Source: an uncultured Acidobacteriota bacterium (GTDB taxonomy: Bacteria; Acidobacteriota; Thermoanaerobaculia; Multivoradales; UBA5704). From it: DNA of 64,000 nt. Where the stretch lies: NCBI GenBank assembly GCA_963757335.1, contig CAVWRJ010000001.1:6917-70916 (forward strand). Reading direction: 5' to 3'. Below are positions 17,051 through 24,115 of the stretch, one piece after another (positions within the stretch are counted from its first letter, which is position 1; each line of letters opens with the position of its first letter). The notes below the pieces were generated by a model. That model was not told the origin of the DNA. It made no database searches and worked only from the letters and a program-made list of their open reading frames with translations. The position numbers and the translations under genes are program-made.

Positions 17051-19531
17051 ATGCCAGCACTGAATTGGGACGCCTTCGCCAGGTTGCCAGGGAGCGCCGA
17101 GAAGAACTTCGAGCTGCTCTGTCGGGGCGTCGTGCGCCACAACTTCGGTAGCTTTGGCGTGCTTCGCGCCCTCGCGAACCAGCCAGGCGTCGAGTTCCAC
17201 CTGAAGCTGGATCGACGTTGTGACGTTCTTGGGGACCCGGGCCGTTGGTGGGGCTGGCAGTGCAAGTGGTACGACCTTCCGGCAAGCGGCGACCTGGGAA
17301 CAACCCGGCGAGCCAAGATCGAGGACGGAATTCGCAAGACGGAAACCCATGTTCCTGGCGTAACGGACTGGGTCTTGTGGACGCGCCGCCCGCTGACCAG
17401 CGCCGACCAAGAATGGTTCAGGGGCATCGCCTCGAAGATGACGTTGCACCTCTGGACGGCGGACGAGATCGACAACTTCCTCGTGGGTCAAGCCGCCGTT
17501 CTGCGTGGCACCTACTTCGGCGAGCTTGTACTGACGCCAGAGCTCCTTCGGGAACGGCATGAGCAGGCGGTCGCCCCAATTCGAGCGAGATGGCAACCTG
17601 AAGTCCACCACGTCGTAGATGCTGAGCGCGAGTTGCGCCGCATGCTCGGTGAGTCAGGCTCCTGGGACGAGCTCCGCGCGCTCGCCGTAGACCTGCGCTC
17701 GATGGTGCAACTCATGGAGGGCGCGCCAACGGTGCCCACAGCCCTTGCGCCCCTAGTGGCGACTGTTGTCGATACGTCGAGGCAGTCTGCTGATGCGCTC
17801 GATCGAATCGCTACTGGGATCCGCGATGGCGATCTCGACCTGCTTCGCGACGACCTCACCTCACAGCCACGCGTCCTTGCGCCCGCCGTCGCCACGGCCC
17901 CTCGACGACTGCGTTCTGGGAACCACCGGGCCGGTCTGTATGCGACGAACGCCGTGACGGGATGTCGTGAGACGTTGCGATTGCTCACCGACATCGAGGC
18001 TGCGTTCTCGTCCCGGGTCGTCGCGGTTCTTGCTCCAGCAGGCTGCGGCAAGACGCAACTTGCAGCGCAGCTCACGGCAGGCACGGATGCGCGCCCTCAC
18101 GGTGTGCTGCTGCATGGTCGTGACCTGCACGCGAACCACACGCTCGACGACTTGGCGCGACGGGTGTCGATCGCGGCTCAGCCAGTTCAGAGCATGGAGT
18201 CTCTTCTCGCGGCCGTGGACGCCGCCGGACAGCGCACTCACCACCGGTTGCCGGTGGTCATCGATGGGCTCAACGAGTCAGAAGATCCACGTGCATGGAA
18301 GCCCCTGCTCGCTGCGCTGGAGACGACACTCGCGAAGTACCCCTACGTGATGTTGGTCTGTACGTTGCGACCTGAGTTTGCGGGCGAGACGCTTGCCGAT
18401 GGAACACGACGCGTCGAGATCAAGGGCTATGGGGCGGAAACGCTCGAGGCCATCCGCGAGCACTTTCGTTATTGGAAGATCGACGCGACTGATGTGTCGC
18501 TGCCCGGATTCCTTCAGCACCCGTTGACCCTGCGGCTCTTCTGCGAGGTGACGAACCCCACGCGGCAAAAAGTGGTCGGTATCGACGCGATGCCGGGCTC
18601 TCTGACTGCTGTGTTTGACCGCTACCTTGATCAAGTGAGCGATCGTGTCGCTGAGCTGGCGCCTCGAACGCACCGGTACTTCGCGCAAGACGTTCGCGCG
18701 GCTTTAGCGGTCATCGCCAACACTCTCTGGGACACGCGCAGTCGTTCCCTAGACATCGACGAGTTGCGCCGGGCCCTTAACGACGCACAGCGGCCGTGGG
18801 ACCAGAGTCTCGTGCGCGCGCTCGAGCACGAAGGAGTCCTGCTGCGCATGCCCTCCACAGGGAACGGCATGTACGTCCCCGTATACGATCGACTCGGAGG
18901 GCACATCATCGCCAACGCGCTGCTCGCGAAGCACGGACAGGTCGGCTTCGAGACATGGATCCGAGAGCCTTCAACGACGACGTTGTTGGCGGGCGACTAC
19001 AACGACCGGCATCCGCTCGCCAACGATGTCGTGTACTCGTTGGTTGGGCAGATCCCTCGGCGATTCCACTCAAAGCAGCTCTGGCAGTTGGTTGATGAGC
19101 CGCTCCGCTCTCGTGCATTGCGCACCGCTGCGAGGCTCGAAGCGGCCTATTTGGACGCGACAACGGTCGAGGCCCTACTTGACGTCGTGCGGCAAGGAGA
19201 CGCCGGGCTTCTCGAGCAGCTCTGGGAGGTGCGAGGAACGCGAGATCACCCGCTCAACGCGGAGGCACTAGACCGAGTGCTGCGGCCGATGAGCGTCGCG
19301 GACCGCGATCTGCGCTGGACGGAGTGGCTTCGGAGGAAGCAAGACGAAGTGCTCCGCAACCTGGAATACCTGGAGCGTCGGTGCCGACAGGGGGAACGCG
19401 GACGGGCGATCGGCTTCGTGCGCGTTGGGTCATGTGGACGCTTACGAGCACGGTTCGACAGCTGCGGGACCAAGCGACTCGCGTGCTCTACTGGTTCGGT
19501 CGAGTCGACCCCGAGGGGCTCTTTGAGCTGA
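17051..19531 (+). CDS. NLR-like protein: N-terminal Mrr/PD-(D/E)xK-like nuclease domain plus NACHT-type P-loop NTPase (probably continuous with the next ORF)
   Basis: The nuclease-like signature is FELLCRGVVRHNFG...QPGVEFHL...WWGWQCKWY, with QxK at 17258-17266. Walker A is VLAPAGCGKTQL (18032-18055). Walker B is LPVVIDGLNES (18254-18277). MLVCTLRPEF resembles the NACHT TSRP motif. The last ~40 codons look non-protein-like. Confidence 0.8.
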   Translation: MPALNWDAFARLPGSAEKNFELLCRGVVRHNFGSFGVLRALANQPGVEFHLKLDRRCDVLGDPGRWWGWQCKWYDLPASGDLGTTRRAKIEDGIRKTETHVPGVTDWVLWTRRPLTSADQEWFRGIASKMTLHLWTADEIDNFLVGQAAVLRGTYFGELVLTPELLRERHEQAVAPIRARWQPEVHHVVDAERELRRMLGESGSWDELRALAVDLRSMVQLMEGAPTVPTALAPLVATVVDTSRQSADALDRIATGIRDGDLDLLRDDLTSQPRVLAPAVATAPRRLRSGNHRAGLYATNAVTGCRETLRLLTDIEAAFSSRVVAVLAPAGCGKTQLAAQLTAGTDARPHGVLLHGRDLHANHTLDDLARRVSIAAQPVQSMESLLAAVDAAGQRTHHRLPVVIDGLNESEDPRAWKPLLAALETTLAKYPYVMLVCTLRPEFAGETLADGTRRVEIKGYGAETLEAIREHFRYWKIDATDVSLPGFLQHPLTLRLFCEVTNPTRQKVVGIDAMPGSLTAVFDRYLDQVSDRVAELAPRTHRYFAQDVRAALAVIANTLWDTRSRSLDIDELRRALNDAQRPWDQSLVRALEHEGVLLRMPSTGNGMYVPVYDRLGGHIIANALLAKHGQVGFETWIREPSTTTLLAGDYNDRHPLANDVVYSLVGQIPRRFHSKQLWQLVDEPLRSRALRTAARLEAAYLDATTVEALLDVVRQGDAGLLEQLWEVRGTRDHPLNAEALDRVLRPMSVADRDLRWTEWLRRKQDEVLRNLEYLERRCRQGERGRAIGFVRVGSCGRLRARFDSCGTKRLACSTGSVESTPRGSLS

Positions 19532-21165
19532 CCATAGACTCGTTGGCCGTGAACGACGCCTACGTCGGTGAGCGCATGCTCGCGGCCACCTACGGCGTCG
19601 TGATGAGCCACCAGCAGGCAGACGCCGACTTCGAGGTCCATCTGGCGCCACTTCTCGATCGGCTTGCGAATGCGCTCGTGGACTCGTCGGCGACCGCGCC
19701 AACCAATCACTACCTAGCGCGCCTCTATGTACGGGGCATCCTCGCGTGCGCTGAGAAATTCTACGCGTCTGCACTTCCCGAGCGTTTGCGCAGTACATGG
19801 TCGTTCAGTATGCCCGCGCCAGTGTCGCCGATCGCGAAAGACGACCCACGAGCCGACGAAGTGGGGCGGACGCTCAACATGGACTTCGAGAACTACACGC
19901 TGGGGCGCCTAGTCGAGGATCGCTCCAACTACGACATGAGTCATCAGGGGCACCAGGCGGCCGTTGCCCACGTGCTCGGCGCCGTGTGGGCGCTCGGCTG
20001 GAGAGCTGCGACATTCGATACGCTGGATCGTGCCATCGCGGGTGATGCTTTTCGGTCTGAAGGCCGTGGGCATCGGCCTCGCGCAGAACGCTACGGGAAG
20101 AAGTACGGCTGGATCGGCTTCTTCACGTACGCCGGGCTGCTCGAAGCACAAGGGCTCTTACCGTGCGGCGATCGGCCGTTCTCTGACGTTGACATCGATC
20201 CCTCGTTCCCCGAACAACCGCCCGTCGACGGGGAGGTGGCCGTCCCGTTGGCATGGCTGGCTCCGTCCATCAAGAGCCACGAGCGCTGGGTCCGAGAGAG
20301 CCAGACATCCGTGCCTCGCACACTCCTCGTTCGGCAGAGGATCGGCGAGCACGATGGGCCTTGGGTTGCCGTTCACGGCTTTGTTAAGGCAGAGGACAGG
20401 GTCCTCGGGCGTGAGGCATGGGCCTTCATCTCTGCGTTGGTGACATCCGAGCAGAGCGCACCGCGACTGGTGGCCGCCCTCAACGCTGGCACACGACCAT
20501 GGGCGGCTCGTGACGTCCCGAGTGACCACTACACATTCGCCAGCGAGATCCCCTGGCACCCGAGCTTTGCCGCCGAAGTGCTTGCCGAATCCGGTCCGGA
20601 GCATGCCTATCGAGAATACGTTCGCGTCGGCACAGGCAACCTGGAGGTCGAGGTCCTCGCGCACGACTACGCTTGGGAGAGCTACCACAGCGAGATGAAC
20701 CGTGCGGGCAGCGCGCGAGTGCCATCGCGCTGCTTCTCTAGCCGGTTCGATCTCCGCAGCGCACCACAGAGCTTTGACCAATTCCTTGCCGACGGAACTC
20801 GGGCTACGGTCACGCTCAGAGGCGTCGACGGACTCGATGGAGACGTCCTGTACGTTCGCGAAGATCTGCTCCGGCAGTATGTGGGCGAGCGCGCCGTCGT
20901 CTGGTTCGCGTTCGGCGGGCGAGAGCTGCGGCCCTATCCGCCATCACCTCCGCAATGGCTCGTGGATGCTCAGCGGCAACGGGCAAACGAGTGGTGCGAG
21001 GTGCTGACCGAGGCAGACCTCAAGCAGAGTGCAAAACCGCCTGAAAAAAAGAAGGCAGGCAAGCGGCAGCCGGCATCGAGAGGCACCGCGAAGAAGCTAT
21101 CCGCCAAGAAGGTCCCGAAGCAGGCTGCATCCAAGAGTACGAAACCGGCCGGGAGGAAGCCGTGA
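19324..21165 (+). CDS. C-terminal (putative sensor) portion of the NLR-like protein, or a separate overlapping gene; Lys-rich basic tail
   Basis: It overlaps the previous ORF by 208 nt in another frame. Protein-like sequence starts about LRARWVMWTLTSTVRQLRDQATRVLYWFG. If it is a separate gene, the only ATG candidate is 19432. It ends KQSAKPPEKKKAGKRQPASRGTAKKLSAKKVPKQAASKSTKPAGRKP*. Confidence 0.6.
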   Translation: MASEEARRSAPQPGIPGASVPTGGTRTGDRLRARWVMWTLTSTVRQLRDQATRVLYWFGRVDPEGLFELTIDSLAVNDAYVGERMLAATYGVVMSHQQADADFEVHLAPLLDRLANALVDSSATAPTNHYLARLYVRGILACAEKFYASALPERLRSTWSFSMPAPVSPIAKDDPRADEVGRTLNMDFENYTLGRLVEDRSNYDMSHQGHQAAVAHVLGAVWALGWRAATFDTLDRAIAGDAFRSEGRGHRPRAERYGKKYGWIGFFTYAGLLEAQGLLPCGDRPFSDVDIDPSFPEQPPVDGEVAVPLAWLAPSIKSHERWVRESQTSVPRTLLVRQRIGEHDGPWVAVHGFVKAEDRVLGREAWAFISALVTSEQSAPRLVAALNAGTRPWAARDVPSDHYTFASEIPWHPSFAAEVLAESGPEHAYREYVRVGTGNLEVEVLAHDYAWESYHSEMNRAGSARVPSRCFSSRFDLRSAPQSFDQFLADGTRATVTLRGVDGLDGDVLYVREDLLRQYVGERAVVWFAFGGRELRPYPPSPPQWLVDAQRQRANEWCEVLTEADLKQSAKPPEKKKAGKRQPASRGTAKKLSAKKVPKQAASKSTKPAGRKP

Positions 21166-21511
21166 CCACGCCGCCGGGCAGTTGCCTATGGAGCCGACCG
21201 CTGAAGGGCCGGCGCTGGATTCGCCGTAGACTAGACCGCCTCCACGTTGACCACCAACTGCGCCGCCGACCTCGGGGCGGGGCGCCAGGGGGATACCGAA
21301 GTCCGCCAAGGTGGGAAGCCCGGGCGCCACCGTCGTCCAGAGCGCAGCCCTGCTCAACTCTTGCAGGGCCGAGGGATAGGCGGGTGGCCCCACAGCCGAC
21401 CGCGCAAAGCGATAGGCTCAGGCGTAAGATAGGGTGCGATGCGCTGAAACAGCCTGAGACAAAAGTCGGGGGATGTTTTCTCTCCTTGTTCCCTGGTTGT
21501 TCCTCTCACTC

Positions 21512-21539
21512 ACGACATCTACCCATAAACTATTATAAT
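21512..21539 (+). promoter_or_regulatory. Sigma70-like promoter candidate facing the repeat array
   Basis: ACGACA (21512-21517), a 16-bp spacer, then a perfect TATAAT (21534-21539). It sits in the most AT-rich stretch of the islet. Confidence 0.3.
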
Positions 21540-21543
21540 CAGA

Positions 21544-21578
21544 CCTTACTGGAGTAAGGCCTCCCGCCCAGGGGGAGG
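21544..21578 (+). other. Two adjacent short hairpins immediately downstream of the promoter candidate
   Basis: Hairpin 1 is CCTTAC-TGGA-GTAAGG (21544-21559). Hairpin 2 is CCTCCC-gcccagg-GGGAGG (about 21560-21578). Confidence 0.4.
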
Positions 21579-21583
21579 GACCC

Positions 21584-21728
21584 ACCCGCCGCGAGACACG
21601 AGCACCCGCCGCGAGACACTAACTCCCCTCACGAGACACTAAGCATCGACAGCGAGACACTAAGCGTCGACGGCGAGACACCAGCTGCCTGCCGCGAGAC
21701 ACAGACGGCTCGCCACGAGACACAGCCG
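21584..21728 (+). repeat. Seven tandem 20-21-bp units, each with the core CGAGACAC plus 12-13 variable nt
   Basis: CGAGACAC starts at 21592, 21612, 21632, 21653, 21674, 21695 and 21716. The spacings are 20, 20, 21, 21, 21 and 21. Confidence 0.9.
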
Positions 21729-22022
21729 GCCGGCGCGCGGTGACTCGTGGCAGGCGCACGGTGTTCCGTGGCAGGCGCATGGTGTTCCGTGGCAGGCGCA
21801 TGGTGTTCCGCGACAGGCGCGCGGTGACTCACGGCAGGCGCATGGTGTTCCGCGGCAGGCGCGCGGTGACTCGCGGCAGGCGCATGGTGTTCCGCGGCAG
21901 GCGCGCGGTGACTCACGGCAGGCGCATGGTGTTCCGCGGCAGGCGCGCGGTGACTCGCGGCAGGCGCATGGTGTTCCGCGGCAGGCGCGCGGTGACTCGC
22001 AGCAGGCGCATGGTGTTCCGTA
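21729..22022 (+). repeat. Fourteen tandem 21-bp units of two alternating types (42-bp higher-order repeat)
   Basis: Type A is GCAGGCGCATGGTGTTCCGCG (8 copies). Type B is GCAGGCGCGCGGTGACTCGCG (6 copies). The units are nearly identical. The bottom-strand cores CGAGTCAC and CGGAACAC resemble the top-strand core of the preceding block. Confidence 0.9.
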
Positions 22023-22125
22023 GGAATGGCGAAAGAGGAGGGTGTGAGGGAACTTCTTGCGTCCGAGCCGGCGGATGTCGCACCGGCCCGGGACCGCAGC
22101 GCGATCCCGGGCCGGCCGGAGAGAC

Positions 22126-23169
22126 TCAGGCGACCTTGGCGCCGCAGCCCGGGCAGAAGCGGGAGCCCGGGGGGAGCTTGGTGCCGCATTGGCTGCAGAA
22201 GGCGGGGGTCGCCCCCGCTCCTCCCTCCGTCGCGGCACCGGCGGCTCCGGCGGGCACTGGCGCGGCGGGAGCCGGAGCAGAACCGGCAGCGGGTGCGGCG
22301 GGCGAAGCGGGGGCGGGAGCGCCACCGCTCTGCATGGCGTCGCGCATCATCTGGGGGAGCATCATGCCGACGCCCACTCCGGCGCCGAGGCCGATCCCGG
22401 CTCCGGCCGCGCCGCCCGGCTGCTGGGCGGCGTCGCCGATGGCGCGGGCGGTCTTGAACTTCAGGTAGGCGTTCATGTCGCCCACGACGCCCATGCCGCT
22501 CCTCTCGTCGATCATCTTCTGCACTTCCTCGGGCGGGGTGATGGCGCCGAGGAAGAGGTCGACGAGGTCGATCCCGTACTTATTGAAGTCGTCGGCCACC
22601 CGGGCTTTGAGGCCCATGGCGAGCTCGTCGTAGACCTTCGGCAGGTCGAAGATCGTCTGCAGGTTCTCGCCCAGGAGGTCGGTCAGGCGGGCGACGATGA
22701 CGTCCCTGAAGTAGGACTCGACCCGGTCGGCCGAGTAGGCGCCCACCGTGCCGACGACGGAGTTGACGAACTGCTGGGCGTTGACGACCCGCACCGCGAA
22801 CTTGCCGAAGGCCCGGAGGCGGACCATGGCGATCTCTTTGTCGCGGTAGACGACCGGCTCTTTCGTCCCCCACTTCAAGTCGAGGAAGGTCTGGGTGGAG
22901 ACGAAGACCACCGCCGCCTGGAACGGCGAGGTGCCGCCGAAGGGGATCGAAAAGAGGCTCGCCAGGATCGGCACGTTCTGGGTCGCCAGGGTGTGGCGGC
23001 CGGGGCCGAAGGTGTCTAAGGCCTTGCCGTCGCGGAAGAAGACCGCCTGCTGGCTCTCCTCGACGATCAGCTGGCTGCCGAGGCGGACGGCGGCGGTGCC
23101 GTCGGCCGGCCAGCGCGCCACGATCGTCTGGCCCGTGGGGTCGTGATATTGGATCACATCCATCGTCAT
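22126..23169 (-). CDS. SPFH/Band-7 domain protein with Gly/Ala/Pro-rich linker and C-terminal zinc ribbon
   Basis: MTMDVIQYHDPTGQTIVARWPADG...LIVEESQQAVFFRDGKALDTFGPGRHTL...FGKFAVRVVN matches the YdjI-like SPFH (Band_7_1) pattern. The C-terminal CSQCGTKLPPGSRFCPGCG is a zinc ribbon. Confidence 0.85.
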   Translation of the reverse strand: MTMDVIQYHDPTGQTIVARWPADGTAAVRLGSQLIVEESQQAVFFRDGKALDTFGPGRHTLATQNVPILASLFSIPFGGTSPFQAAVVFVSTQTFLDLKWGTKEPVVYRDKEIAMVRLRAFGKFAVRVVNAQQFVNSVVGTVGAYSADRVESYFRDVIVARLTDLLGENLQTIFDLPKVYDELAMGLKARVADDFNKYGIDLVDLFLGAITPPEEVQKMIDERSGMGVVGDMNAYLKFKTARAIGDAAQQPGGAAGAGIGLGAGVGVGMMLPQMMRDAMQSGGAPAPASPAAPAAGSAPAPAAPVPAGAAGAATEGGAGATPAFCSQCGTKLPPGSRFCPGCGAKVA

Positions 23170-23176
23170 CTCTCCT

Positions 23177-23731
23177 TTAGGTCGTGCTCTGGGAGGCCTG
23201 CCCGGTCTGGACCACGTTGCCGATCACCTGCGCCCGGCCCTTCCACTTGTCGGCGAGCGCGCGCACCCGGCCGCGGAGCGCGTCGAGCGCCGGGCCGGGA
23301 TCGTCCCCGCCACTCCCACTCGGAGCCGGCAGGGCGCCGATGCCGCTCTCGATCTCGCCCAGGTCGGCGAGCACCGAGAGGTCGAACTGATAGAGCTGGG
23401 CGAGCTCCGGCTCGCCGATCTTCACTACGTCGAAGAGGCCGGTCGCGCCGTAGTCGCTGAAGCGGATCGCCTGCGACAGGCCGTCGAGCTCGCGATCCAG
23501 CCGGTCGAAACCGCCGAGGGCGGCCAGATGCCCCCCCTCCGTATAGGCCCGGGCGCGCTCGCGGAGCGCCCCCTTCTGCCGCGCCAGCTCCCCCGAGAGG
23601 TGCTCGCGCTGCAGCTTGTCGACATCGCGCCGCAGCTCCCGATCCTGAAAACCCCGGTAGCCGGGGATCTTGGCACCCAGCCGTTCGAGGGCGTTGCGCT
23701 GGGCCTTCGCTGCATCCAAACCATCGGTCAT
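23177..23731 (-). CDS. Hypothetical helical protein, upstream partner of the SPFH gene
   Basis: ATG 23731 has a GGAGG RBS. The sequence is MTDGLDAAKAQRNALERLGAKIPGYRGFQDRELRRDVDKLQREHLSGEL.... The stop is 8 nt before the SPFH start. The upstream extension in the ORF track is not needed. Confidence 0.6.
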   Translation of the reverse strand: MTDGLDAAKAQRNALERLGAKIPGYRGFQDRELRRDVDKLQREHLSGELARQKGALRERARAYTEGGHLAALGGFDRLDRELDGLSQAIRFSDYGATGLFDVVKIGEPELAQLYQFDLSVLADLGEIESGIGALPAPSGSGGDDPGPALDALRGRVRALADKWKGRAQVIGNVVQTGQASQSTT

Positions 23732-24115
23732 TCCAGTCCCTCCTTCCAAAGGGCGGGTCTTGCCCCTCCATCGTAGCAGAGGGCCGCCCAGGCTCCAGGC
23801 TTCCCGAGACCGGAGCTTTTCGCTATTCTCCACGGTACCAGAGGCCGCTTGACCCACCCGAGGACCCGCAACCCGCGGCTCCCGATGTACGTATGACCCG
23901 CGGGAGGCGGTGGCGGACACTCTAGGTAGTGGAAGAGCCATGAACGGACGACGGCGCCTCCGGCAGGGCCCGCAAAGGAATCATCATCCCCGTGCCAGGT
24001 CCAACGACCCCAGATCGCGGCATGTCCGCCGAGACCCCAGGCAGGACCGGTCGCGCCCCTAGGCCGCGCGGCAGGCGGCTCCGCGCCCTGGTGCTCGGCG
24101 CGAGCTTCGCTGGGC

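Noticed and set aside
21190-21300. A tRNA or tRNA-fragment (possible att site) on the minus strand, with GCGCAGTTGGTGGTC and a CGGCG-AATCCAG-CGCCG stem-loop.
   Set aside because: No cloverleaf can be built. There is no complementary acceptor stem, the D-stem does not pair, and the loop does not match the T-loop consensus.
21584-22022. A possible CRISPR array, given the regular repeats after an AT-rich leader-like promoter.
   Set aside because: The units are only 20-21 bp. Block 2 has no unique spacers at all. Block 1 has an 8-nt core with 12-13-nt variable parts, far below CRISPR repeat and spacer sizes. No cas genes are present in the window.
15461-22022. Calling the islet a prophage, ICE or transposon.
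   Set aside because: I could find no integrase, transposase, recombinase, terminal inverted repeats or flanking direct repeats. Only the compositional shift supports horizontal origin.
21629-22468. Long ORFs in several frames across the repeats: 186, 221 and 242 aa, with heptapeptide repeats such as HHAPAAS/HRAPAAE or GRRMVFR/GRRAVTR.
   Set aside because: A 21-bp period is seven codons, so any frame without a stop in one unit stays open through the array. The ORFs overlap each other and the SPFH 3' end, and they lack RBS or start context. I cannot exclude translation, but I see no support for it.
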